Positions 1-14,109 of a stretch of 64,000 nucleotides of DNA are shown here, piece by piece. The stretch is from Octopus sinensis. Its lineage: Eukaryota. Within the stretch, counting starts at the first letter, position 1. Every line of letters starts with the position of its first letter. Location of the stretch: contig NC_043006.1 of assembly GCF_006345805.1 (NCBI RefSeq), positions 44,268,001 to 44,332,000 on the forward strand. Direction: 5' to 3'. The position numbers and the translations under genes were made by a program. The notes below the pieces were generated by a model. The model made no database searches. It saw only the letters and a list, made by a program, of their open reading frames with translations, and had not been told where the DNA came from.

Positions 1-480
1 ACGAAGCCCAGTATACCCATCATGACTATCCATCTGATAAGGGTACACCAGGCACATGCATCACAACCATATGTGCGCGACATGGTGATAAACGGCGCGT
101 GACCTTGCAGGTGGGGCCCAGTTAGAATTTTCTTCTGGTCGAGTAACCCAACCTGCTCAAAAGGTCCCTGAATAAGGGTTGTTTAAGGATGTTGAACAAA
201 ACATGTTTCCAGGGGTGAATTATTCAAACCCCAAAGAGTCCCTCTCAACACATGGCTATGATGCTCCCCCACTACTTCTGCTCGTGATCAGAGACGCACA
301 TATCATGAGCCACTAAGGGACATGCTCAACTGGTTAAGGTCAAACAACTGACAAGCAAATCTGTGGTATTGAGCAGAATATTTGCTGCAGCCCATCTTTT
401 ATACCAAGACAAAACAATGTACATGATAGCACTTCCAATCAGAAGTCACGAGAGCCACTGCTTGGTACTGCATCAGGGCA

Positions 481-511
<31 letters not shown>

Positions 512-718
512 GGCAGAATTGTTAGCATGCCGGGCAAAATGTTTAGTGGCATTTCATCCATCACTACGTTCTGAGTTCAACTTCTGTCAAGGTTGACTTT
601 GTCTTTCATCCTTTCGGGGTCAATAAATTAAGTACCAGTGAAACACTGGGGTTGATGTAATTGACTAGTCCTCTACCTACCAAATTTCAGGCCTTGTGCC
701 TTTAGTGGAAAGGATTAT
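512..718 (+). mobile_element. SINE family S2
   Basis: ggcagaattgttagc head, GAGTTCAA box, central gactttgcctttcatcctttcggggtc...aagtaccag domain shared by many copies. Confidence 0.75.
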
Positions 719-727
719 TATTATTCT

Positions 728-1010
728 GGAAGAGGACACTTTCCCATGCTTTGGAGATGCCAGAAGAATCCAGGATTTTTGTGTGGGGTTTACTCCGGAT
801 TACCCTAAGTGAACTGCCCCACTATTGGGGATTCTATTTATTATTTATTTCTTTACTTTCTATTATATATCCTCTGTTATATCCTTTAATGTGGTAGTAT
901 CTCCCCTTGACTGGTGTTAACCCTACATGTTTTTGTAACTTTTTGTGCTGTAACTTGTCCTTCAATACTGTCTTCCATACCTTGGGCCCTTGTGACTAAT
1001 AAAAAAAAAC
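728..1010 (+). mobile_element. Probable 3' end of an L1/Tx1-like LINE
   Basis: T-rich UTR-like sequence ending in AATAAA merged with an A-tail (ctaataaaaaaaaaac). Confidence 0.3.
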
Positions 1011-1249
1011 GTTGTTGTTGCTGCTGCTGCTACTGATGTTGTTTCAAATTTTGGCTAAAGATCAGTGGGGATGGTAGTCAATTATGTGGACTCCAGTACT
1101 TGACTGGTACTTTATTTTATCCACCCTGCAAAGATGAAAAGCTAAGTTGACTTCCACAGTATTTGAGCACAGAACATAAAGAACTAGAAAAGAGTATTTT
1201 GTCCAACTTACAAATGACTCTACCAGCACACCAACTTAATAATAATAAT

Positions 1250-1615
1250 AACAACAAGAGCACCCAGAGAACGCTAACCTCTGCCAAGACAACAACACCA
1301 TCCTCTCAATGATTAGCCAGAGATGATTTTCAAAATGAGAATATCTGAAATAAACTCAACTGTTCTCACAAAAGAGAATACTAAAAATGAACCAACCACC
1401 CTCAAAAATTAAGTAAAAAACAGTAAAGATAATCCAGAATCGTTGTCTGGTACCAGATCGATCCCAAAATCTAATCAGTTCATGCCAGTCACAAGGCCAA
1501 ACATCCCTGAAAGTTTCATCCGAATCCATCCAGCAGTTTTTGGGATATCTTGTCCACAGACAAACAAACACAACTGAAAAACAATACCTCTTACTTCACT
1601 AAGTCAGCAGTAATA
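1250..1615. mobile_element. Non-autonomous element in (AAT)n, possibly Helentron/HINE-like
   Basis: Embedded in (AAT)n on both sides; 5' acctctgccaag and decayed 3' cctctt...gcagtaat segments; classification is inference. Confidence 0.3.
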
Positions 1616-2181
1616 ATAATAATAATGATAATAACTACAACGACAAAAAAATAATAATAATAACTACAACAAAAATAATAATAATAATAATCCTTTTTAA
1701 TATAGGTACAAGACATGAAATTTATGGGGTAAGGGGCTAGCTGATTACATCAATCCAAGCTCAACTGGTATTTATTTCATAAACCATGTAAGAATGAAAA
1801 GGAAGAAACAATTTCTTAGAGCACAAATTATTAATAAAATAGCTATTTTTCTCTATCATTCACTCATTCTAATATGTAAATATGAATTATTAGAGCATAT
1901 ATTTTCAAAGCCAGGTGGTTTTTTTCTTAATAAATAGGAGCAATTTTACCTACTTTAGGAGATACAATATAATGATTGTAGCAGGATTTAATCTACTAGC
2001 CTTTTAAGCTAACAGTCAGTCCGATATTAACTTAAAATATATTTCTTACAGAGGCAAAAGAAAAGGTTTTGGTATATAAAGAAAAGAACATTTTCAAGTA
2101 CTTTAAAAATGAAAGTAAAGCAAAATGTCCACAACTGGGAGTAGATTCGGTTTATAGCAATTTTTATTCCAAAGAATAGTT

Positions 2182-2576
2182 CACAGGAGTGGCTGTGTGG
2201 TAAGTAGCTTACTAACCAACCACATGGTTCCGGGTTCAGTCCCACTGCGTGGCATCTTGGGCAAGTGTCTTCTGCTATAGCCCCGGGCTGACCAATGCCT
2301 TGTGAGTGGATTTGGTAGACGGAACCTGAAAGAAGCCTGTCGTATATATGTATATATATGTATGTGTGTGTGTTTGTGTGTGTATGTTTGTCCCCCTAGC
2401 ATTGCTTGACAACCGATGCTGGTGTGTTTACGTCCCCGTCACTTAGCGGTTCGGCAAAAGAGACCGATAGAATAAGTACTGGGCTTACAAAGAATAAGTC
2501 CCGGGGTCGATTTGCTCGACTAAAGGTAGTGCTCCAGCATGGCCACAGTCAAATGACTGAAACGAGTAAAAGAGTA
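2182..2576 (+). mobile_element. tRNA-derived SINE family S1 (full length, internal microsatellite)
   Basis: A-box-like TGGCTGTGTGG, B-box-like GGTTCAGTCCC, CORE-like CTTGGGCAAGTG, central (TA)n(TG)n, tail cagtcaaatgactgaaac...(aaagagt); many copies in the window. Confidence 0.85.
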
Positions 2577-3476
2577 TACTGATGATAATGATCAAACTAG
2601 AATGTACCATTAAAAGAAATACAATGGCCTCCAACATGTGTGAACTATATAAACTTAAAATGTGAAAGCTTTACAACATCTGAAATACATCAAAAACTTA
2701 ATACATTTTATGTTCAGCTTATCAGAATTTGGTTACAAAAAAGAAAAAAAATTGTGTCAGGGTAGCAAATTGTTGGATATTAATTATGATAGAAGAGGCT
2801 CAGGTTTCCTTTGTCATAAACTAAATGGTCATGATTCTTGTGGTGTGGTTCTTATCTGTACCAATTAAAATACTTTCTCTTTACTATAGGAGTAATACTG
2901 CATCAAAATGAATCTGAACAATTAAGGCCTGAATTCTTAAAAAAAAAAATAGGCTAACTAAAAATAGATTGTATTGCACCTAGCTCAAAATCGTTACAGG
3001 ACAATAAGAATTTCTCCCCCACGAAGTAGGTTTGTAGTGTATATATATACATGTACTTATAACAACTTTTTAATTAAACTAAGAAAAACACTACCCTCTG
3101 GGCAGTTTTCTCTTAGTTTATGTAATAAATGTTTTACCTCTTCCATTTGTATAGGACACTATCTAATGCATGCATAGGATGACATTTCCAATGTGCTCTT
3201 TCCTAGTTGAAGAAAGTAGTGTGTGATTTGAGAAAGATTTGGCTACTATTTCTAGCAGGTCAATCAACCACATATTAAACATTTATAAGCAAGACCATGT
3301 CATAAAATAATAAAACGGGAAAGAGAAACAAAGAGTATTCATATTGATTAGTTCTCCTTGTTATACACGAACAATATTTTCTTTATAATAGTAACTGCTA
3401 TAATACTTTCATAACTGAAAGACTGCACAAGTTAGACCGACAAACAGAATTAACAAAGAAGTGAATTTCAGTTTAA

Positions 3477-3700
3477 CCCTTAAGCCTTCAGATTCCTTTG
3501 TCAAATGTAATGCTTATTTATTCACATTGTTTTGAATTAATTATGCATTACACTATAAGCTTTGAGATTTTGATGATGTGACTGTTTATTTTTAGAATGA
3601 CATCCTAAGGTAGGTGCGAGAGACCCAATTTGGCCAGTTTGAACACAAAGCAAGTAGAATAATATTTGGACCAGAAATGGCTGGTTCAAATGTTAAAGGG
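3477..3700 (+). mobile_element. piggyBac-type MITE, family P2
   Basis: ttaa|ccctta...taaaggg|ttaa; same body recurs at 57357-57578 (reverse) and 62590-62806. Confidence 0.75.
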
Positions 3701-5181
3701 TTAAAGATGGAAACAGAAAGAAAAGAGGGGGTTTTTGCATAGGTTTTGGGGCATAAAGTACAATCAAGATGACAAGTAAAAGGTGTATCAAACAGACTTA
3801 GATAGAGAATTAACAACCCGCAAGTTCTGAAAAATGGGGAACTACCAGAGAAGCAAAAAAAGGAGTCAGAGAGAAGATAATGTGAAGTTTTCCAACCAAT
3901 CAGAAAGCCTTTTTTGGTAATGACCAAGAATGTTAGCAGGTATAGTAGAAGCTACACTGTTCCAGATATATGGGCAGTATTTCAATGTAGAGCACAATTT
4001 TGGTCTGTGGTTATGCAACAGGAAAGGTCTCAGACCTTTGGGGAGCAGTTTTAGCCAGGTTATAAATAAGTCCGAGATAAAAATTGTGAGGTTTCGATTT
4101 TGTGGAGATTGGGAATATTTTAGTTGTATGTAGTTCCCAAGCAGAGAGGCAGTAATGGGTTACAAGTGCTTCTCTGATATATGTTAAATGAGACTAAGCT
4201 AACAAAACCTTATTGCAATATATTTTCAAGGTTCCTGTTAACAAAAGTAGAGCTTGCATAGAGATGGTTACATATGAGTGAAGGTGGCAACATTTTAGAC
4301 TGGTTGGAAGCAATAGTAAACATGTTATTAATGTAGAAAGAAAGAATACAGGGGATGTAGCCAAATCTTGAAACAAACCAAAGTTAAAAGAATGTTGGCC
4401 AGAGACTGTTCTCCTATTCTAACGCTATGCTAGAGCAGTCTGTCAGGAAACCTCCCATCAAAAGTATGAAAGAAGGAGATTATAGTTACACAACTTGAAC
4501 AGAAGATTTTCAAGTTAGACAATCAAAAATGACAACATTGCTATCACTGAAGTTTTTCAAGATGCAAGACCACTTCACCACTACTGAGTAACACTTGAAA
4601 GTCAGTCCCTGCGTGATGTCTCTATAGAAACCAAATTGGTAGTCACTGAGATTGAAGGTGATACATCATCATCTTCAATTTAATGTTCACTTTTCTATGA
4701 TTGCATCGGTCAGATGGAGTTTACTGAAGCATATTCTACAGCTGGATGCCCTTCCTGTCACCAGCCCTCACTTGTTTCCAAGCAAGGTAATATTTCCACA
4801 TGGTCAGACTTGTTTTCGCACACATACAAACATACACACACAACACATGATGGGTTCCTTTCAGCTTCCATCTACAAAATCCACTCACAAGTCTTTGGTG
4901 AACCTAGGGCCATAGTAAATGACACTTACCCAAGGTACCACACAGTGGGACTAAACTCAGAACCATGTGGTTGGGAAGCAAACTTCTTACCATAAAGCCA
5001 TGTCTGCACCTCCCCACTAGCAAACAATTTATTAACAAGAAAACTTTACAATGAAGTCCTTAACAAGTAACCATCTTAGGTCTTACTAAATTGCTAAACA
5101 AATTCTTAATGACTTGTATGGCAGAAGTTACTGAATGAAGAGGGAAATAAATTGCTAAGTAAATAAACATATATGTTAAAT

Positions 5182-5346
5182 GGCGCAGGAGTGGGTGTGT
5201 GGTATGTAGCTTGCTTCCCAACCACATGGTTCCAAGTTCAGTCCCACTGCGTGGCACCTTGGGCAAGTGTCTTCTATTATAGCCTCGGGCTGACCAAAGC
5301 CTTGTGAGTGGATTTGGTAGATGGAAACTGAAAGAAGCCCATCTTA

Positions 5347-5405
<59 letters not shown>

Positions 5406-5587
5406 TTGTCCCCCCAACATCGCTTGACAACCAATGCTGGTGTGTTTACATCCCCATAACTTAGCAGTTTAGCATAAGAGACCGTTAGTACTAGGCTTAC
5501 AAAGAATAAGTCTTGGGGTCAATTTGTTCAACTAAAGGCAGTGATCCAGCATGGCCGAAGTCAAATGACTGAAGCAAGTAAAAGAGT
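5182..5587 (+). mobile_element. SINE family S1 (full length)
   Basis: Colinear with 2182-2576. Confidence 0.85.
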
Positions 5588-6211
5588 AATATGTGTACTT
5601 AACTTAAAAGAGAAAATGCTAACATACCTTTACTGCGAAAATTACTGCACTTGACAGATCAACAAGAGATGCACAGTTCGATTCTCTTCAATGTTTCTAT
5701 CTACTTTCTTATTAACCTAGCTCTAGTTATGTGCATAAAAACCATAGCCATCACTCACAAGTGATTATGGCTTAGTTGCATGCACCATGCTTTCTTTTAC
5801 TAATTGTCTTAGCTGCCTATAAAGTTGCAACTAGACATAAAAACTTCTGGAAAGAAAGAATTGGCTAGAGCTCAGTAGAGTAGAGGTGAAAGGAAGAGCC
5901 TTGCTCTAGGACACAACATACCACCAGCCTAGGAAATGAACTATGACCTTATAATCATAAGCCCAACAGCTAAACCACTAGGCTATACACCTTCATATTC
6001 TTTTTATTTTGTATAATTGGCATTAAGAAGGGCATCCAGCCATAGAAACCATGCCACAACAAACAGTTGGAGTGTGGACAGCTCCCTCAGAACATGCCAA
6101 ACTGTCCAATCCATACCAGCAAGGAAAAAGGACACTAAACGATGATGATGATGATTATCGTTGATATTATCGTATATACTTTACTATAGCTATTACTATC
6201 ATATATATATA

Positions 6212-6518
6212 TCACTGTGATCACCATGACAGACCAGGCTATCAGATGTTGCGACACATCACTGGTCACAATGCGCTTCGCATTGTTTTAGCCTTCAAAT
6301 GATGCCACTCCGCTGGCTAAGTGAGCAGGCCAACAGAAGAGTGAGAGAAAGTTGAGGCGAAAGAGTACAGCAGGGATTGCCACCACCCCCTGCCGGAGCC
6401 TCGTGGAGCTTTAGGTGTTCTCGCTCAATAAACACTCACAACGCCTGGTCTGGTAATCGAAACCACAACCCTACGACCACGCATCCGCTGCCCTAACCAT
6501 TGGGCCATTGCACCTCCC
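6212..6518 (-). mobile_element. tRNA-derived SINE family S5
   Basis: Minus-strand head gggaggtgcaaTGGCCCAATGGttaggg...gGTTTCGATTACC; same head and body at 41560-41754. Confidence 0.75.
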
Positions 6519-7448
6519 ATATATATGTGTATATATATATATATACAAACACACACATATATATATACATATTACATGCACACACACACAGAGTATTTCT
6601 TAAATACAATTTTGGAGTCAGTGTAAAGGTAAACTAAATGGTTAAGAACACAGAATATAACTGTTTGTGTACAGAAGAAGTGGGATCTATCTGATAAGTT
6701 TCTCGTCTTCTTAAAGATTTCATAAGAGAAAGACTACCTATCATCTGTCCTTGCAGATATTCATACCTTACAGTTGTTTATAGAATGTGCAAGTTGAGAC
6801 TCAGCTGAACTGGTCAGTCTAACTTCCATAACAGAGCATGCACTGACAACATGGATTAATCAATTCAATTGTAATTTAATTATTCAAAAATGCTATGTAG
6901 TACACTAAATTAATTAACTCATGTTGTTAGTGTGTATGCTTTTCTATGGATTACATAGACCAGTTTATCTGGGTCCTAGTTTGTATACACTTGTGTGCAT
7001 ATAAGCTACTACTAATCTTTTCATAGACTGAGGATGGATTAGTCTGTTTCTAATATTACTTTTCCAATGTACAGAGGGATAAAAACATATGGTGTAAGCA
7101 CCTTGCAATTTTTGGCAAGATTAAAATTGTGCATACCTAATGTCATACAGTTTAAATTATCCAAAAATTAATACAAATACACACACAGACGACACATTGT
7201 GTCTCCCAGTTTTAAAGTAGGTACACTGTACTTCTCCATGTCATAGGAGGTGACTAAAAGTGTTTATGACAAAAAGAGCACTGCCACAGAAAAACATCCA
7301 ATCCATGGAAAAGCAGATGTACTATACCAAACATCATCATCATCATCCTTTTATGCCCATTTTCCATCATGGTCTGTTCTTGTTAAAAATGCCTTGCTTG
7401 CACATTGGATTTTCCACAATATCTATGACTTGATGCCAACCACTCTAA

Positions 7449-7670
7449 CCTTTTCAATACCAACCTGGCTGAAACCGGCTCTGCCTCTGTAGTACAAATG
7501 TCTTGGTTTCATAAGTTGTGAATTAAAATCTTCCATCAAACCATACTCACAATTTATGTTCCTGACACTAGCTTAATGATAACTAAGTTATTTTACTAAA
7601 CTCTTTGTTATATTCAAAATAAAGTGAAAGAAACACAGAGCATCTCAACAGAAATATGGTAACAAAAGGG
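7449..7670 (+). mobile_element. piggyBac-type MITE, family P1
   Basis: (c)taa|cctttt...aaaaggg|ttaa termini, ~220 bp. Confidence 0.75.
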
Positions 7671-7701
7671 TTAAAATATATAATCGAGAAACGATTCTTA
7701 A

Positions 7702-7923
7702 CCCTTTCAATACCAACCTGGCTGAAACCACCCCTGGCTCTGTAGCACAAATGTCTTGTTTTCAAAAGTTCTGAATTAGAATCTTCCACCAAACCTTAGT
7801 CACAATTTATGTTCCTGACACTAGCTTAATGATAACTAAGTTATTTTACTAAATTCTTCGTTATTTTTAAAATCAATTGAAAGAAACACAGAGCATCTCA
7901 AAATAAACATGGTAACGAGAGGG
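7702..7923 (+). mobile_element. piggyBac-type MITE, family P1 (second head-to-tail copy)
   Basis: ttaa|ccctttc...gagaggg|ttaa; alignable along its length with 7449-7670. Confidence 0.8.
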
Positions 7924-9257
7924 TTAACTGTGTGTACTTGTTGCATTTAATTATAACTCCAGTAATAGACATACTGTCTAGACCCTAGCAAGTCTAAAAA
8001 GTTATGACCTTCATTGTCTCCATCCATTCACCCACACCACAAGGTTTTTCTCTTCTCCAGCAATACTAAAAAGAATCCTTACTTTACCTGCATGCCTTGT
8101 GTCTATGCCTGTGTTTATGTTTACCTCACTCAAAACAGATAATTTGTTTATTTTTCATCTATTACATGAAGATGACAGTCTTTAGAGGTGCCCCAACTAC
8201 CCAACTTATTTACAAGAGAATAAGTGTAATGCTGTTGCTACTAGGAATAAAAGAGAAGAAACTTGGAAGTTCTTTCGAGAATTTCTTGTCAAAGTTTACA
8301 TGACACATTAGCAGAAACAAGGATTTTAAAAATAGGTTCAAGGTTGCAAATTTGGAATATAGTGGGTTTGATGTCATACAAGACATACTTTATAAAAAAA
8401 AGTTTAAAAAAAAAAAGAAATCACCCCAGATCCTATAGGCCAAGTTGGACCTCCCATAAGCTTTAATGCACTGATACCCTTTTTTCCACCACTGAATTTG
8501 AGAAGCATCCAGTACTTGAATGGTATTCCAATGCATCATCCCTAGAAGAATTAATGGCAAAGTTGATCTCAACAAGAATTGAAGAACTCTGGATGTGAAG
8601 GGCCATAATTAACCCTCTTCTGACAAAATTTCTGTTGAAATACACAGCCTTTGTTTCAAATGATTTTGAAAATAATGAGCAATTTAGTAAAATAATTTTA
8701 CCATTATAAAGACATTATTTGGAACATAAATTAACATGGAAATTCATAGGTAGGTTTTAATTTAGATCACTTTAAAAGAAGGAGTTTGTATACAGAACTA
8801 AGAGTGTGTTGGTATCAAAAGGATTAAATACCATGAGGTATTTTATCAGCACAATACTTTCCAATGTTTCTCTGAGCTTGTCACCCTCTTTCATTATACT
8901 TAGGGTATGTGACACCCTTCTTTATTTTTTACTCCAATAGAAAAAAATGCAAGTTCCAAAAGAAATCCTGTGATACCCCTAAACTAAACTGTCTGTGAGA
9001 CCTTAGGGTGTCATGACACCCCAGTTGAAAACTCCTGCACTAATGATTCTGTTAACTGGATGCCTTCACCTTGGTAGACATATTAAGAACTAATCATATT
9101 AAAAAAGGAAAAAATTCAGAAAAAATACATATAATAAAAACTTATTTAAATAATTTAGCATGTAAAATTAATCACCATGATCTAGTTTAAGATAAGGCCA
9201 ATACGCTGGCAGCTACATCCCAATAAGGATGATGATCTAGTGGGTAAACTAAACAGA

Positions 9258-9320
<63 letters not shown>

Positions 9321-10471
9321 ACTAACTGAAAAGATGTGAAATAAATCTCTAAATAAACACGATAGAATTAGAGATGTGCTGTATACGAAAATGTCACATT
9401 GACCAAAAAAGAACTGTCAAAGGTAAACAAAAAAATAAAACTAAATAAAAAAAGATAAAGAAAAAGGAAAGAGAGACAACTAGCTACCTAGTTTATAGCT
9501 CCACAAAAAGTCCAGTTGGTATTTAACAAAGTAAAACTAGACCAACAAACAATGAAGCAAAAACTACCCTGTTGAGTTAGAGAGAAGTTCACCATAATCA
9601 AGTCTTTGGAATAAACTGTCAGGCAGACATTTAAAAAAAAAAACCTGTTTGGTAAGTAAAGTCATAGAATCAACAGAAATGGATGAATCATAGTGTTTGT
9701 TTTGTTTTGGTTTCTTTCAAGAGATCCTTTACATGATTGAGGTTGTGTTCTGCGATTTAATTATCATCACCATCATTGTCATAGCATCTACTTTTCCTTG
9801 CTTGCATGGGTAGGGCAGAATTTGTTGAGGTGGATTTTCTACAGCCAGACAGCCAGACAGCCAGATGTCCTTCCTGTCACCAACCCTCATCTGTTTCCAA
9901 GTAGGGTAATATTTCCCCATGGCCAGACATGTCTTGGAAATGAAGGACACCCCTAGCATGATTGCAATGCACACACAACTACCATGCGATGTCACGACAA
10001 AGAGACAGCAACACACACAAACATATATATATATATATATATATATCCACATACATACATACACATAACAAGCTTCTTTCAGCTTCCATCTGCCAAATCC
10101 ACTCATAAGGCTCTGGTCATCCTGAGACTATAGAAGGTGCCATGCAGTGTGACAGAAACCAAAATCATGCAGTTGGCAAGCATACTTTTTAGCACACAGC
10201 CATGAAAAAGCTGAAGTGAAAGCTAGACATCCCTTCAAAATTAATACTTTCCTTAGTAAAGATAGCTTGAGTAAATCAAAATACTTCAAGTGAAAGTACT
10301 GAAGCTAAAGATACTCTGACACTTGGTAAAAGAAGCAAGAACTCCATAATGCAATGAGTTAGTAAATTAAAGAGCATCCAGTAATAAAAATATACTATTC
10401 CAACTTTTTTGAGGAAGTGTAGTGACACTTTTCATAACCTTAGAGATTTACAGGAAGAAGAAAAGATGTTA

Positions 10472-12484
10472 TCTTTCGATACCAACCCAGCCATAGACAG
10501 CTGAAAAATATTTTTTGGTTCTAATGATTAATCTGGCTGCAGACGGCCAAGTGAAACCCATTCATATTTAAATGTGAATTTCAGCACCTATCTCGTTAGT
10601 ATATTCGTGAAAACACATGATTTCACTCTGTAAATAGTCGAGTTACAGTATCCAACATTATTTGACGTGATATCTGAGCTCTGCGAATTTTGGGAGATTT
10701 TATTCCACATTTTCTCTTTTGTGATTCTTCACAATCATCAGAGCATGAAGCGCTTCTCATGAGATGGTTGTGATCTGTAAACGGTTTTGAGTAGGAGCCA
10801 GAAGGAGAAGTATGAACATGCAATGCATATGTGCACACTGAATTTGTAAATCAGAAGAGAAGAATAAAAATGCAATGAGGATATCAATAGAAAACAGAAG
10901 AGAATAAAAGTTATATAATGGGTGTAAAGGTAGGGTACATTTCTGACAATATTTGCCAGGAAAACCCATAGAGTAGTGTATCAAAGTTGGAAGATTTGCG
11001 AAGCAAATACAAAATACTATTGTGGGTTTAGTTCTTATACAGGGAAAAGGGACACTGATGTAACTTAGTATGACCTAAGGTACAATGTGGTCTGGAATTT
11101 ACACTTCCATACCATAACCAGGGCTGTATATTATTTTTTGACTGATTTTTTTAGTTTGGTCAAACTTCTGGTGGATTTAGAATTAGAAGCTGTAACAACA
11201 TATATGTGTGCTGACAGTAATTGGTCATAGAAAAGGGCTGCCATTGGACATGTATAAAAAAAAAAAAGAGATGAAATAATCCAATGGTGAAAAGGAAATC
11301 TGCTAGCAACTGCATAGAGATAAGAGGCAGATAAATTTTCTATCTACCTGTGCACAACCATTTGTAGACGAAAATGGCACGCCATTTGTAAACCTCAATT
11401 ATAACAGGTACATGGACAGTGTAGATCAGCTAAATCAAATGATGAGCAATTATCTGGTTGGTAGACTAGGCAATAAATGGCGACAATGCCTAGTTTGGCA
11501 TGTAGTAAATATGAGTATTGTTTATATTATATACCAAATCAGGAGGGGCTCGAAAGCAGCGCAACCATCTGCAGTTCCAAGATGTAGCAACGCAGTTGAG
11601 GGCAGATTAATTCCTCAAAAAAAAATAATAACTGTAGGAAGGAAAACCAAAGCCTGTCAGAGAGTCATCCCTCTGAATTCAACTGATCTCCATAAATTAG
11701 AAAAAATATCGAGGGTCACAAAAAGTAGTGCCATGAACGTCTACATCAACAAAGGAAAACTCCCAAACGATGGCCAGTAGAAATTTCTTTCCAATGTGCA
11801 TTCTGCAAGGTTGTATTATGTAGAGTTTTACAAGTTTCCATGACAGAAATTGTGTACAAATGGTATATATATGTATGATTTGATTTTAAAATATTTTTCA
11901 AATTAACTTCATTTTTACTTTTTATTTACCTGTAATTTTAATTTGTCTGTAAGGTGAGTGACAAGTTTTGGTTTAATATCTATTGTAAATCTTTATTATA
12001 TTTGTTTCTGTGTATTCATGTATGTGTGTGAATTTATTTCATTTAGCTGATGTATTTCATTTTCTAGTTTTCTTCAAAAACAAATTCTAGTATTTCATTT
12101 TATTTTACCTTTATTGTACATCTGTTCTTATGTGCATTAAATTCAATTAATAATCTAGTGATGTGCACAATTTTTCTATATTAAAATTTTGTTGCATACC
12201 CAATTGAATATTAGCTGATAACTCATTTTCTTTGGTGATGTTTAAACAAAATTTAAATATTTCTATATTTCGTTTAACTTGCCTGTAATTAGTTACTGAG
12301 ACAAAAGTTACGCAATAGAATTAAGAACCTTTTCTTCAATTGTGCTCCAAAAATCACATTAATATGTCAATTAATAAAAAAAGTTACAGCTGTTTAATGA
12401 AACCAGTCTAAATTCATGGTTATTTTAGAATTTAATTGAAACTCAAAAGTATGTGTTTTAGTTAGAAATATAATAATGAAAGGG
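10472..12484 (+). mobile_element. Degenerate piggyBac DNA transposon (transposase pseudogene)
   Basis: Remnant motifs KGRVHF*QYLPGKP (~10935), YNRYMDSVDQLNQMMSNY...KWRQ (YNxxMGGVD block with third catalytic-Asp region, ~11400) and C-terminal Cys-rich CAFCKVVLC (~11795), interrupted by stops/frameshifts; ends tctttcgataccaacc ... aatgaaaggg. Confidence 0.82.
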
Positions 12485-13903
12485 CTAGAGGTCTGGCCTA
12501 AATGCTTGCAACATGGTCAACTACACTAAAAGGTACCCCCATTAAAAGATACCCAAGATGTCAGATGTCAGTATAAAATCAGATGAAAGATTAAGTTTAT
12601 ATAACTTGTGTTAAGTCTAAAGCAGCAAGCTGGCAGAGTTGTTAGCATATTAGGATTTCTTCTGACTTTTTACACTCTGAGTTCAAATCCCACTGAGATC
12701 AACTCTGCCTTTCATCCCTTCTAGGTGGATAAAATAAGTACCAGTCAAATACTGGGGTCAATGTAACTGACTTGTCCCCTCCACTCAAAATTGCTGGCCT
12801 TGGATCCTACAATAAATAGGGATGCCATTCAAGGGAAATGTGATCATGGAAAACTTATGAGTCCTAGGGCTCAAGAAAAATAATAAAAGCAAAAAGTCTA
12901 CTACCCAAGGAAGTACAAAAACCATTAAAAAAAGGTATATTTTTTGTTTCTTTTTACTCATTGAATTAGTATGTGAGTGGAAAATATTTCAAATGAATGA
13001 CACAAAATAGCAACTGTAGAGAGAAAAATTCTGAACATTACGTGAGTAACCAAAGAATTTCAGAGAAATAATATTTCTCTGAATAACATCTAATATATAT
13101 AAACTAATATAACTAAATAAAACATATGAAATGTATGGAATTCCAAGCTAAATATGTCGTCATTAATCCAGAAACCAAAATCCAGTAGGGAAATTTCATA
13201 AATTAGAAACTAATTCCCAAACATTTTTCAACAATCCTCATAAGTTAAAATCATTTTGTAAGGAATTCAAGCAATCAAGTAAATCACAATCTTCTCTCAG
13301 TCTGACATGAAGTTATTTCACATTTTTGGAATACGAACCATAACATTTTAGGATACTGGGTTACTAAAGTTTTAGACATAATTTTATGCAATGAATGATA
13401 AACAACTAAATCCACAGCCATATGTAGATGACAGAGAAGAGACATCAGATACAGTTCTTGTTGACAATCATTTAACATGAATCACATTATATAATATTAT
13501 CATATGAATAAAATCTACTACACAGAGAAAACCAGGTTCAATTTCCTAGCTATGCCAATATAATTAAAACGGTAGTTCAATAGACAACATGCTGCGAAAT
13601 AGAAGTCTCAAGAGAAATGGCCAAGCATGTACTGCTTGAGCATAAGCCTGAATGATTAAGCAGCTTGCTTTGCGATCACATGGCTTCGGCTGGAGTCCTA
13701 TTGAATAGCATCTTTGGAAAATATCTTCTACTAATAGCCCCAGTTCAACCAGTGCCTTGTGAGTGAATTTGGTAGACGGAAACTGTGTAGAAACCTGCCT
13801 CGTATATATAATCATCATTTAACGTTTGCTTTCCATGCTGGCATGGGTTAGACAGTTTGACTGGAGACTGGCAAGCCAGGAGGCTGCACCAGGCTCCAAT
13901 ATG

Positions 13904-13958
<55 letters not shown>

Positions 13959-14109
13959 TACACATATATATTTATGCATGTGTGTTTGTTCTCTACTGCC
14001 ACCACTTGACAAGTGGTATTGGGTTGTTTACATCCCTGCAACATGGCAGTTTAGCAAAAGAGACTAACAGAATAAGTACTACAGTTCTATATTTAAGAGA
14101 TGAGGAATT

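Noticed and set aside
10700-10745. CUGAUGA followed by a perfect 6-bp hairpin on the minus strand
   Set aside because: GAAA is displaced by four extra nucleotides and no stem I/III partner exists; not a hammerhead.
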